A stretch of 63,757 nucleotides of DNA, the filler included, from Choristocarpus tenellus KU-1152 (Eukaryota > Protista > Phaeophyceae), in assembly GCA_964200185.2 (NCBI GenBank). It is 9 parts of 9 records of this genome, joined end to end, with 100 filler letters (N's around TTAATTAATTAA, not from the genome) between each part and the next. Parts side by side here need not be neighbours in the genome. Positions count along the whole stretch, not along the records: positions 28,022 to 45,132 come from CAXNAD020000724.1; positions 45,233 to 48,314 come from CAXNAD020022446.1; positions 48,415 to 54,717 come from CAXNAD020008431.1; 6 more parts are not named here. The stretch is one strand, 5' to 3'. The notes beneath the pieces were generated by a model. The model saw only the letters and a program-made list of their open reading frames with translations, made no database searches and was not told the origin of the DNA. Shown here piece after piece: positions 37,620 through 50,129 of the stretch. Made by a program: the position numbers and the translations under genes. Numbering within the stretch: position 1 is the stretch's first letter; every line of letters begins with the position of its first letter.

Positions 37620-38720
37620 GGGCTAACTCAAGTACTGCTTTAGGATGCATGTCATACATCAGTCACAGTTTTATTTGGAATGCCACTCTGCAATTGAGCT
37701 CGTTGTGCCACCCATGACACACTTGTATTGCTTTTGTTGGTTGGTTGCTCTTGTACTCCACAATAAAACTGTGACCTCAAACTTCTCAACATCATCTTGC
37801 AGGTGCATCCACCAGTTATTTCTTGTGTCCACCTTAATATATTTGTTTGTTTTCATCTGCCAGGTCGCCAAACATCACTTTGGGAAATCGCTCATTCCCC
37901 ATGCTTGCAACTGAACTTGTGAACAGGAGTTAGTTGGAGTCACCCTCACCTTGTGTACGGGGCAGCGATAAAATTGACATTGTGTGAAAAATTAACCAAG
38001 ACAAAGATTCCTCGTCTCCTGCCAGTTGCCCAAGGAAGGGTGGGACCCTTTCCCCATGGGTATTGTTGTCGAGTATGGAGTTTGTTCCTCATTGCAAACA
38101 TCAACAGGCACCCACCAATGTAATTCAACTCATCAAGGCCATGTGCCCCAAGTATCCTGTTGTTGTGATCCCCCCTCCCTCACCTCTCTTTCCAGTGCAG
38201 GCGTTCACACCCATCAGGATAAAAGCTTGTCTTTGGCGGTGGTCTGCTGCACCGCAGTATGCAGCTTCTCCCAGAAAGCATCCTCAACTCTTTCCAAAAC
38301 CGCTTTCTGTTGAAGAATTTGCCGCAACAAAGGTAACGCTAGTTGACCTGTCATCAACTACTAAACCTTCATCATCCGTTCACTGAGGTAATCCACTTAA
38401 TAGGCATCCGGTTTAGGATTGACCCCCTAACTGCCAAGCATGCACTACTACTCCTTATTTACCCCTCTCCCCCACTAAAGGATACGTTGTTCTGGGCTCT
38501 CAGAGTTCAAGGCTAGAAATCTCATATCTTCTTCTCTCATGGGGTCCAGCCACATCGCAGCCTCGAGCCCAAGCTGCAACACCGGCTCCATTCTTACTTT
38601 CGCAGCCATGATGGTGTGAACATTTCAAGTGACCACAGTCGGCTCTCTCTCTGTTTTCCTTTTTTATTTTCTGTCGTCTCAAGGAGATTACGTACCAGGT
38701 CTGTGATGGTCCCTCCTCCC
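37620..38720 (-). mobile_element. RTE-clade LINE relic, internally deleted (APE domain joined to C-terminus)
   Basis: VT*NVHT, CDVAGPHERRR, DAFWEKL, LMGVNACTGKR, ILGAHGLDELNYIGGCLLMFAMRNKL, then MGNERFPKVMFGDL...WWMHLQDDV; no RT core in between. Confidence 0.8.
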
Positions 38721-39290
38721 TTGAGGTTCTTCTTTTTCTTCCTCACTATCTGGGGACTGTACTTCTATTCCTTCCTTCATGTACGTATGGGGCAGCAGAC
38801 TCGCCTCTCGTTGGACAGATCTAGCTCCTCCTTGTTGCCGAATCCGATGGATTATCATAAAATGGGGTTCTCCAACGAAAATATGGAAATTAGTCATTTC
38901 CACATGTTGGTGTAACAATGCCCCCATGGAACTGTACTGGTGGTTTCTTACCATCCTCCCACCCAACTCATCCATACCGTCCACATTACATGATCAAAGA
39001 GGCAATCAATTCTATACACTGTGAAAAGGTGAAAAATCCATAGTGGTTGCCATACAGACTTTGGACCATAAATCCAAACTTTCATGAAGTATTATGAAGT
39101 TTGTACCCACGGATAATGTTTTATTTTCATATTTCCCACTTCACAACATTCCATCCTGAAATTCAAAAAACAGGTTTGATCTTGGTCTATTCTTCACTAT
39201 TATCAAATAATTCATGCTCCAGAGCGATCGCCTCACTCCTATCCTAACAACAAAGTCTTACGTAAATTGAGGTAGCCTTAGTTACCAACA

Positions 39291-42200
39291 ATGGAGCCCG
39301 ATACCACGCATTTGAAGGATAATGATGAGCACCAGAAAGAAGAGATAGAGGTTCTGGAGGCCATCTACGGGGATGACTTCGAGGTTGACCAAGGGGGGCA
39401 TACGAGAAGGGTGAGAACATACTCCAAGTACTCATACTTGGACAATAGAGTCAGTGCGTTGCGACTAAATTCATCAACAATATAGAGTTGGGCTCTACCG
39501 GAGTTAATCCCAAACCACACCATTGATGTACCCACAAACTCGCACGTTTCAAGCTACCTAGGAGTGCATTACCACATTGCATGTGTGTTGTGCTGTACTT
39601 GGTCTTTTTTTTTAACAGGTTTGCTTACGAATTGCAAGAAATCCCGAGGTCAAGTTGGTGATGTATCTACCCCCGAAGTACCCCTCCCATGGGCTCCCTG
39701 CGTACAAGATACAGATGAAAAATCTCTCTACCGAGAAGCAAGCAGAATTATCTGAAGGTATGCATTGTGAGAGGTCGTGTCCCTTTCCCGTGTCTGTGTC
39801 TACTTCAAAGAGCGTAAGGACAGGGCGGCATCGAACAGCTCCTGGCATTCGTCATTTTATGTAGGACACGAGTTACTATTTATGGAGGCTACAATGTTCT
39901 GGACTGAGTAATTTGGTTGTAGAATGGGTTAGACCCGCATCACCGCAAACCAAGCGGAAGTGGTCGAAGTGGACAGGAGTTGATACCATGGCGATGCGAA
40001 GTGGGGTCGATTGCATAGGAGTGGTAGATAGCATGGATGTGGAGCACAGTGACATGATGCTTTCTCTTTTCCGAGGTGGTGTGCAGTGGATGGTGGTTGT
40101 AAGGGAAGTAGGGTAGGTTGATTTGTGATGGAGCCTGATGCAAGGGGCTAGCGTCGCGAAGAAGCATTGCTTTCTGGGCACCTTTTAGATTTGCGCCACC
40201 CCATTTCTTTATACTATATAATCTGAATACGCTTCCAACTCTGCACAAATATCTTGGTACCACTGTAGACTTAAAAGGTTGACCTGTAACTGTTTTGTGC
40301 ATAAAGTGGGTGCTGCCACGTGCAGATGAGGTATTGTTGTAGTCCAGAGTACCACTCTCCCATCCCATTCTAGTTCTTGTGCTTCACAACGTCTTCAGGA
40401 AACCCATGAGGCAGGGTTAGTTTCACGAATTGCAACACAACCTAACAACAATCTTGGGATATCCTAGAAAGTTTCAGATGTCACCATAGGTGGGAAAAAG
40501 TGAGTGTTAGTGGTCGTTTTTTTGCTTCAACCCCTCGAACTCGCCTTTTTTAATATCAGCCAAGACCATTTTTTCTTCTTTTTACCCTACTTTCGCAAAA
40601 CTGCAACAGAAGAACACTCGGTCCTACAGTTAAAGCTATCACCTCAAAATTGTCCTCAGTCATCACTTTGCTCAACCTATATCCCTTACCAGGCGTGGCG
40701 AAAAGATTTGAGAGTGATGTTAGATTAAGAGGGAGGTAAAGAGTGAGGTTGAGCTTTGGATAGGAGGGACGGGTATTTCGAGGATCACACATCCTCAACC
40801 TACAACTGGCAACACATTCTTGTATCTCCGTTGTGCATTGGTCGGTATGATGCTGTTTAAGAGCTGGAAACCCTGACCCAAATTCCAATAATGTTCTTGT
40901 TGTCTAATCACCAGAAACAATGTCCAATCCTTTGTCGTCCCTGGAATGGTATTCTTGACAACAATAGAGAGCAGTCTTTCAACAAGCATGAGCTTTGCTC
41001 CCTGTCCGAGATACCCCTTGCCTTTTTAGTGTGTTGTCGATAACCACATGCTTGATCGTCAACCGCTGATCGTCAACCGCCATTTATTTGGCTTCCACAA
41101 TAATTCAACAACAGGTTTTCCATGACACTGGCAGGCAGAATATTTCTCACAGCTGCCGTGAGGTCTATTAATTCTTTTATCTTTTGATCTTTTTGAAGGT
41201 ATCGTACCACACACATCCGACTCGGGAAGCTTGTGAGGGTTAGGGTTAGGGTTTGAATGCAACTCCCGAGCCAGACCAAATGCTTCGTCCTCATGGCGGA
41301 GGAAAGGTGTTCCGAATTGCAGCCCTAACCGCAGCCCTGACTCTAATTGTGAAGAAGAAAAGAAAAAAACTTAATTGAGCCTTGCGCTCGACCTGAACGG
41401 GTTTGTTAACTATTTCTTCCGGTGTATTTACAGATCCACTTTGCTGATTTCAAAATGAAATTCAAGGATGTAAACAGCACTGCAAGGATGTCACTTGGTG
41501 TGGATTTCCCCCCCCGAGAAATTAGAGGTTCCTGCAAAACTAGACATGGGGCGGGCGACAGGACAGGCTGGTATGGTAGCGTGTTGATGTGATGGTATGA
41601 TGGAACAAGGTTCATCGCTAACGGTATAACCTTGACCCCCCCACATGTGGTGGACCGTTAATACCGTGTTCATTCCGGGGTTTTTTTTCTGTTTCGTTGA
41701 CGAAAGGGGCAACCCTGTGTACCTTTTTTTTGGTAATCAAAGGAGACTGGGCCTTGTGATTCATTGTCGCAAGCCTGAAGTATTTTGCTGAGAAAATGTT
41801 TTTTTTTTCCCCCCTCTGATACATTTTTTTTTTCAAGGGGACTTTTGATTCTTTGTTGAAAGAGTAGAGGGAGGAGGAGTAGCGCTAGTCGTTCCAGTAC
41901 CTTTTAAATGTTATTTTTAAATTTATTCCCGGATGGAATTGGGTTCTTCATCTCTAAGGGATCACAAAATCATGTACCAACACAAGACAGTAATATGAAG
42001 CTGGAGGTAGACAATTTGATTTGTTATCTCTCCCTCCTTCCCTCCCTCTCTCTCTCTCTCTCTCTCTCAACTGTGAATACTTTCAAGAACAAGACAGTGT
42101 ATTCCCTATAGCTTCACATCGGCTAACGTTCAGACCCTTTAACCCAGGTCATTGCTATCCTGGGAGATAGGGGAGTTTAAAATGTCTGATTTTATCAGCT

Positions 42201-42368
42201 CTCCTGACCCCCCCCTCCCCCCCCCCCTACGCATATTTCTTATTGCCTCAGCCCTCGATGAAGCAGGACGACAGAATGAGGGAGGCGTTATCTGTTTCAT
42301 ATGGGCAGAGGTGCTGCGAGAGCAACTACCAGTCTTCACATCAACCTTTGAGAAATTTCCTGATGGAG
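39291..42368 (+). CDS. RWD-domain protein (IMPACT/RNF14/RWDD-type N-terminus), first three exons
   Basis: Exons 39291-39410, 39619-39757 and 42252-42368 in phase: EHQKEEIEVLEAIYGDDF...LVMYLPPKYPSHGLP...LDEAGRQNEGGVICFIWAEVLREQL (YPxxxP-type motif). Confidence 0.85.
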
Positions 42369-43166
42369 GTGAGAAAATTTCTCCGTCATGAGTGAAATTT
42401 AACGGCGTGAAAGGTACAACAACAAACATTAAGGGGTACTTTGTGTGGTGGGGTGGATGGTTGGTGGGCTCGATGTGTTTGAATGGGATTGTGAAGCACC
42501 TCAAGAACACACAACACTCATATAATCTAGGGATGTGTGTGTGTGTGTGTTATTACAGCCTTCCAAGTACTATGTGTTTATATATATATATATGTTTTTT
42601 TTTGTACTAGTATCTTCTCAGTTGTGAAAAATAAAAGTTCTTGTGAGGTAGGTGCGCAGGACCAATGCTTTCGGTTGAAGCATCGATGATGATGGTCCCA
42701 ACCACTCTTGGGAGGTCAGTCGCTTTCATTGGTGGTCTGCTGCCCCCAGAACCAAGGGGGATAACCTTGTCCATTTAGGACAAGTATCCCCAGCTCTGAG
42801 TTTGTCAACTTGGTGATAGTGACTCATCTCCTCACATCCCGCTAGAAATTTCCTGAACCGTTCTTCTACTTACGCCGTGTACCGCCGTGTTGTACCAATG
42901 CACCGGCTCTTTGTCCTGCGCGGCTCCTTGTGTGCGTTGGACGACCCACACGTGCTTAACTCAGCAAGAGCACCCTACTGATTGCACCCCTCCACTTACT
43001 GTTGTAATCTCGGAAAGAGGAAACGCCACACAACTCACTAGCAACTACTTTACTCCGAAGTGCCAGGTACATACTTTTGTTGTGTACAGCTATTGGCCGA
43101 TGGCAAGCGCGCCGGTTGCTTGACATCTCTCCTGGTATCAATGGCGCCTTACTGCTCGTCTTGTTG

Positions 43167-43226
43167 CTACTACTGCTACTACTACTACTACTACTACTAT
43201 ACTACTATTACTACTACTACTACTAC
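43167..43226. repeat. (TAC)n microsatellite
   Basis: Directly visible. Confidence 0.95.
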
Positions 43227-43463
43227 TCTTGAGCATTTCGCACAAACACACACATTTGTTTCTGAGGAGACGGGTATTTATTATTTATTTATTTTTTGTT
43301 TGATTTGAGTTGTCGGAATCGAGATTTGATTTTCTTGTTTTTTGTTTCTTTTTTTGCATTTTCTTTTATTTCCCATTGCGTTGCGCTCTCTCTTTCTTTC
43401 TTTTTTGTACAAAATCTCCCCTCTTTTCTGCTCTTTCTACTCAAGAGGACAAAGAATGTCCTT

Positions 43464-43680
43464 GAGTCAAAAGAGTATCTTAAGAGGGTAGAGCCGTGTC
43501 CGTTTCGGGGTCAAAATTCAATGTTGCGATTTTGATGTAATTTTGGCTGTATGTGTGTTTGTTAGGAAGTGTTGATATCCCTCTGTTCCGGACACACCTT
43601 TTCATGAAGTATACATTTTACCTAATCCAAAACATTTCGGAGCAGGAAAATGTCATAAAGAGCCCCGTGGGAAGCCAAGC
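43464..43680. mobile_element. Truncated Harbinger-like MITE abutting an LTR
   Basis: Collinear with 30602-30810. Confidence 0.8.
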
Positions 43681-45132
43681 GTGTTAAGCTGTCATTGACG
43701 ATCTGTTGTCCCACGCAACCAGTTATATTATTGTTTATTAACTTGTATCACAGTTATTATTATTATTATTATTAGAGAGTGAGATACCTTTTGCTCAGTG
43801 GGGCTCACCAATCCTTACATTGAATGAGATCAGAATACCAAATGACTCAACAGTTCTCTAGTACACGTCAGAAACACTCCGACTCTTAACAGTCCGCCGA
43901 TTACTTCTGATCAAATACCTCGAGAGTACCGGAGAGTCCAAGGAGTGGCTTGATTCTATCTATGCTGAGATTGATGGATGAATTGCTCAAGGCACGTGGG
44001 TCCAGGCTCCCAGACCAACTGATGCAAGTGTCTTGAAAATGAAATTCATTTTTTCGAGAAAGGTGAATGCAGTGGGATTGGCGGAGCAATGGAAAGGCTT
44101 GACATTTGAAAGGTGAATGCTGTTGGTGCGAAGTTTTCATGCCAGTCAATTCCAGGCTGTTGTCGAAATCCTTGTACCACCAGTCTTGCCTTCCATCGCT
44201 CCGCCAATCCCACTGCATTCACCTTTCTCGAAAAAATGAATTTCATTTTCAAGACACTTGCATCAGTTGGTCTGGTAGCCTGGACCCACATGCCTTGAGC
44301 AATTAATCCATTAATCTCAGCATAGATAGCCTCAATCCACTCCTTGGACTCTCAAGACTCAAGCGCTTCCTTGACAGAGAGAGGTACTGGAGGCAACTCA
44401 CTTGCTGGAGTATCCCCTGGCCATCCCAGTCCCAATTTATCACCAATCACATCCTCCACCTTGTGTCTGACCACAAAGGCTGTTCGTCTAGTGGTTCTCT
44501 TCCGTGCCAGTGGAGATTGTGATGGCCCCACTCTATTCTCCCGGAGCTGAGACAGCATCCTGGGTTCAGAGGGTTGTGACTGCCCTCCTGACCCAAGCCT
44601 CTCACTCCCCTGCTGTGGAGGTGACGTAACCCCGTCCCCATTGGCTTGTGCAGAAATCCTCGTCCCAGACCCCAATTGCTTTTTCTTCTGCATTCCCTGA
44701 CCCCATTCGTTTCCCCTAACCCTAACCCTAATACCATCTTCGATACCCTAAAAAAAAAATCCAGTCTCTTCATCACTAGAATCAATCCCCAGGTGTCATT
44801 CCTCCGCTCGTGATCACTGGAAAAAAAATTCTTCCCCCCTCCACAGTGGTAACCCTGAGGATTGATGTCGGGTGTCATCATGCAGGTTACTATCCCACAT
44901 GGACTCTCCCCAACTAATGTCCCTTGCGCATCACGAGTTGTCCTGTAGGTGACAGTTATTGGTTCAGTTAACCAATGAATCCTGCAAGTGTGGGAAGGGT
45001 ATTGGTTAACTGGTGTGTTAAGCTGTCCTTGGCGATCTGTTGTCCCACACAACTAGTTATATTATTGTTTATTAACTTGTACCACAGTTAAGAAGAGAGT
45101 GAGATACCTTCACTAGGTGGGGCTCACCAGTC
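43681..45132. mobile_element. Rearranged Ty1/copia relic: two direct LTR segments (43681-43852, about 45000-45132) with RT N-terminus present in both orientations
   Basis: PLSVKEAL..EW..AIYAEINGL..GMW...KFIFSRK...ERWKARLVVQGFRQQPGIDWHENFAPT on minus; inverted partial copy at 43920-44100; purine tract GGGAAGGG before the right LTR; left LTR ends CAACA. Confidence 0.88.
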
Positions 45133-45232
45133 NNNNNNNNNNNNNNNNNNNNNNNNNNNNNNNNNNNNNNNNNNNNTTAATTAATTAANNNNNNNNNNNN
45201 NNNNNNNNNNNNNNNNNNNNNNNNNNNNNNNN

Positions 45233-45386
45233 ATTTCCCAGCTCATCACGATTAATTAGTCGCTTCGACGATTGATTCCCAGCTAACCCTAACCCTAATT
45301 ACTACAAAATCGATATTATACCATATAGATTCTGTGCCGCTTTTTGGGGGCATACCCATGGGTGAACAAAATCGGGGTAGGTACTG
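45233..45386 (-). mobile_element. Tc1/mariner-type MITE end, same family as 8921-9248
   Basis: Reverse-complement similarity; TACTG|TA terminus. Confidence 0.75.
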
Positions 45387-45499
45387 TAGTAAAAACATCA
45401 TCCTTTATTATTCTCTTTTCAATATGAATCATAGTGTTGATTTCAGGCAGTAGAAGAAGAAATCAAATGAGTTGGTCCAACTGGAGTCATTGCACACTA

Positions 45500-47000
45500 C
45501 AACCATCCTCCTCCATCAATGCAATGTCATGTCGAGTTTTGTGGATTTGTTCCACGTAGTTCTATCTTGAACATCATAATGAGCATGTACTGGACAACGA
45601 CCGTTTCAACGAGCCCGTGCTCAGCCTGTATATATTTAATTTTTCCAATTGTTTTTCCTTCTTCTGACACGTTTTTTCCATTTAGTGATTATATCCCCCC
45701 ATCATCATTGTAGTGTTGTGAACAGCGATAGGTTTTTATTTGGCTTCAGTTCAATTAACTAAGAAGAACCGAGATCATTGTTGAAAAGCTTTGGTCATTC
45801 GATTATTCGGATATTTTCATTATGCATCAGAAGACACACAGAAGAAATAACACACTGCCTCTTGTTTCTACGTAGTGTGTATGTATGTGTAACTTTTTTC
45901 CTTCCGTGACATCTCAAGGTTGCTGTGACCGTGTACATGTTGCAAAAGCTCTCCGTAGCTTCCCTTGATTGGATGTGTAGGTCCTATCCACGAGCTTTGT
46001 ATAGACTGATGACGAGCCTCATCGACTGAGCCTGTGATGTGTCGATAACCGATAACCAACGAAAATCGGGTTTTTATTTTGAATAAACACGTAAGTGTTC
46101 TTTCCATCTTGATGTTGAACTGTCTCGAATAGCACCAAAAGAGTGTAATATTTCTCAAATACTTCTTGTACGTCACATAGGTCGAGTAAACTATCTGCCA
46201 TACATGTCACCTGAATACTCCAGGTTCCTTTTAAGATACAGATTTAACACTGCATCAGTCAGACGACTTTGGACGTACTCATTCTGTGCTGTCCGTGCAC
46301 ATGCTTGCTGCTTGCGTCAGTTAAATCTCGGTTAGCGATACATACGCTGATAGCCTGTCACATACTACGAAGTATGGCAATAATAGAAGAGGTGAAAAAA
46401 AAGGACTTGATAGGTGGTCCGCCTTCTTTACTCTTCACAGTCCAACCCCTCAGGCTTATCACATTCCTCGGCCTTCCTTAAGCAAGACATAAATTAATAA
46501 TAGTCTGTCTCAGAGGCTACAACAGGAGATCATGCCTCTGCGATGAAGAAGTCGTGGAGAAAATTGTCCATGTCGAAAATTCGTGCTTCCAAAAGGGCCT
46601 CATTCCAGTCAGGGGGGATCTTGCCTTGTGCTTCAGCAATTGATTAAACTAAATTGATCATTCTCCACCTAATATAACTTCACCCGAAAAAAATAATTTC
46701 GGTTCACAACAACATAATGTTATTGACTTTAGAACGTCTGACCATGGATTGGTTTCAGAAGATCAAACCATGTATGATAAAATATAAGTTAAGCAAATGG
46801 CCATAGGTATTGTTCTGGACAACGGGTATAAAATGATTGAATATGCTGGATAGGCATTTATTTTATGACCAACGAACTTTACAGAGCGCATGGTACTTAG
46901 CGACGTCCTGCCAATGGACATTAGGCGCAATCTCAGTTCTAGGCAACGAACAATGCAGAGCAAATGGACTCGAGCGTTACAGAGCCACTAGTTGCCGTAA
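45500..47000 (-). pseudogene. Diverged copy of the family's large ORF (middle domain)
   Basis: LCDVQEVFEKY, SIQSSWIG and FCNMYTVTATL parallel MPNVLDIFKRM, FLKEAWVD and QFYNSIATL; the same upstream non-coding block as contig 1 lies at 47720-48000. Confidence 0.45.
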
Positions 47001-48074
47001 GGGTTTCTGGATAACGGATGTTATTTGAAAAATATTACCGAACGTTCTAGGGTTAGAGCTAGTAGCGTTGAGCGTTCCATTGCCGTGTGTGAGGGAAAGG
47101 GTTTAGATCCTGGTGCTCTAAGCATACATTTGATTCATGGTAGTGTACGGCCTTCAACAGTAGGGGGGGGGAAGAAAAAAAAACAGATATTGTAATCGGG
47201 TGGTCCTGTGAAGGATGCTGCATTGACCTTCCTCCTATCACAGTCTGGTGGTGCTGATGATGCCCTGAGAAGACCCTTTGTTCAATTAGAAAGGACGCAA
47301 AACAAGCTGATGAATGCTGGTGTGTCTACTAGGCTTGGAATGTCCATATAGGGAAAGGCTCTGCTGAGAGGAGTCGCGAGTCTTTGGCAAAGGCCACATG
47401 AAGCAAAAGGATGGCTCTGAAGGTGTGTACAATCTTGGTTTAGAACCCATGAGTACGAGAGTGATAGTGAGAGGAAGGGAGGGGGGTTCCTTTCGTGTCC
47501 CATGCCCTTGGCTTGCTCCTGCACAATCTACGTTTTAGGGAGGACGGCGATCATCATTGCTGGGGGGGAGGAGAAAAATTGACCTGATGAATGGTCGGTC
47601 GTGAAGGTTCGCCGACAGAAGTCTGACCCAGCAAAGTGTGCAAGTATATGGACAACATGTATGGGTGTAGTAAGAATATTGAAGGCCTTTCACCGAGCCT
47701 TGCAGTTAGTGTGTCCTCTGTTGGTTGTTTGGCTGTGGGCCGGTCAGTGGCCCCACCATGTCAAAACAGTAAATTACCGCGGACTCGGTTACATTCGAAC
47801 TTGGTTACACAGGTCTGGTCGGTGGGGTGGCTCCGGTCATGTTAAGTAAGCGATGTTTTTGGGCTCTGTCATGTTCTAACACTTTAGGTATGGCTGGTCA
47901 TTTACTGTTTTTTTACACTCAGGACGGGCACGCCATGGTTGTACCTCCCTCATTTCCTATTTTACGGTTCATTCTACTTTAATATTGTATTTTATACTAC
48001 TAATTGTATATACTTCTCGGAGCACTAAGTATATATACTATATAATTCACTTGATATTTCTAATATAATATAAT

Positions 48075-48314
48075 AGGGGGACAGGTACGGCAGCACACGC
48101 CAATGGTGAAACGCCTACACCAACTATGCAAGGGGATGGGCATCCCTTGCACCACGGAGGACGGTAGCCCTTTCACTGTGGACCTAAATCTTCGCATGGA
48201 TCTGGTGTTTCACGCAGGGGCACTAGCAGATGATGGAACTGCTCCCTGCAGGGATAAAGTTCTCCTCCTGGACATCACCTTCGCAGAGGTACAGGCCACC
48301 TCCCACCTCACCCA
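48075..48314 (+). mobile_element. CRE/NeSL-type non-LTR retrotransposon fragment (RLE domain)
   Basis: LRMDLVF...LLLDITFAE; nucleotide-level match to 62900-63140. Confidence 0.75.
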
Positions 48315-48458
48315 NNNNNNNNNNNNNNNNNNNNNNNNNNNNNNNNNNNNNNNNNNNNTTAATTAATTAANNNNNNNNNNNNNNNNNNNNNNNNNNNNNN
48401 NNNNNNNNNNNNNNACGCCCCCTCACAAACCACCCCCCCTCCCAAGATACTTTGACCC

Positions 48459-49920
48459 TCCATGATCGGGTCCGTTTAGGATTTCTTCCACGAACGAGTG
48501 GCACTGGTCTTGGGCAGTCTCTTTAGTCCCCGTTTCCTGAGTGGGATCCAAAGGAGGTGTTACGATATGAGGTGGGTGGGTTTGTTTCCCTTGGACATTA
48601 GTGATCGATCCTCATGATGCGAACATAGGTAATATTGCATCTTTCTTAGGAGGAAAGAGGCTTGCACAATATTTGGTCACGAAGTGTTCCACGGAATACG
48701 TCCGTGTTGGATGACACCCCACTTTGAAAGAATGGAGAAGAGTGTGTTTGATACATCAAGAACCGAAACCGCCCCGATTAGAATATCCTGAAAAGGTGTG
48801 CATCGCATATGCAGTCAATCGCGAGCCACATACAAAAGGTTACGAAAACGCACGATGAAGCATGTAAGACGAAGTGAATGGGGGTAGTTTGTCAAATGGT
48901 AGAATGTGTGTTTTGATCTGAATTTTTTGGGGGGGAAAATTTGACAGGTGCATGGGGGGTGTCGCCCCTGACACCCTTGGCACATGTATGTACCACAATT
49001 GACGTGTTCTGTTGAACGATAAACTGACGTGTACAATGGATTTTGTGGCGGAAGGGATACTGAACGCTTCATGTGATGTCGGTCAACTCATATCTCCACA
49101 TTTGCATACCATCGTATGCGCCCCTTTCTCTATAGAGGATATGAGATCGCGATTGAGTATTGTGGTAAGTCGAGGACGATGGTTTGGAGGCGTGCCGCTG
49201 CAAAAAGGTTAGTATGTGGATAGCCGCAACTTTTGCCAGACTTTGTCGTATGGTAAAGTATGGCAAAATTGACTTGAGGCGTGTGGTTTGGAAAAAGTTG
49301 GTGTATGGACCGCCGCAACTTTCACCACACTTTGTCGTACGGTAAAGTATGGCGAAAATGACTTGAGGCGTGTGGCTTGAAAAAAGTTAGTATATGGACT
49401 ACTGCCGCAACTTTCGCCACGCTCTGTTGTAGGACAAAGTACGGCAAAAATGACATGATGCATGTGGCTTCAAATAAGTTGGTATGTGGACAGTCGCATT
49501 TTTGCCATACTCTACCATTCGACAAAGTATGGCAAAAATGACATGAGGCGAGCAGATGAAGGAAGGGCGAAACATGACTTGGTATAATTTCATAATCGTG
49601 TAAGGGTGAGAGACTGTGTCAGGGTTAGGGCACAGGGTTAGGGTTGGAACAGGTGCTAGGGTTGGGATCGGAAACAGAAACTGGAAGGAACATCATTTGG
49701 TTCTGATACATATCGGAAGGAAGATATCGGAGAACATGAACTTCGTCGATAGGTTTCGTTCTGCTCTTGATGGGAGGACGTGTGCGTCATCGGTTTGGAA
49801 CTATGGTGGAACTAGTGAACACCCAGTCTCTCTGATTTCAATGTAAATGTTTGATTTAGGAAGGATATGGTGACCATATGCTTCACTATGCCTAGTCTTC
49901 CATCGCTACTCCCTCCTTCA
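48459..49920. repeat. Direct repeat of 52463-53735 (5' region of the Sola-like element) with four about 89-bp internal tandem units
   Basis: Collinear similarity throughout; tandem units at 49200-49550 versus about two at 53200-53370. Confidence 0.9.
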
Positions 49921-50128
49921 GGGTCAAAGTCTCTTAGGGGGGGGGTGGTTTGTCAGGGGGCGTCCGTTTCGGTCCGGACGAACTACTCAAAAATCATGGG
50001 AATTGCTATCTTCAGTCGCGGAGAGAGATGGACTGAAGACAGCAATTCCCATGATTTTTGAGTATTTCGTCGTCCGGATCGAAATGGACGCCCCTCACAA
50101 ACCACCATCCCCTACATTACTTGGACCC
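49921..50128. mobile_element. Palindromic (foldback) Harbinger-like MITE
   Basis: Arms of about 95 bp (gggtcaaagt...tcttcagtc / gactgaaga...tggaccc) around a 13-nt spacer. Confidence 0.85.
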
Positions 50129-50129
50129 G

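Noticed and set aside
42659-42700. Small hairpin or fourth RWD exon
   Set aside because: Short bulged stem with no family features; candidate splices gave no recognisable continuation.
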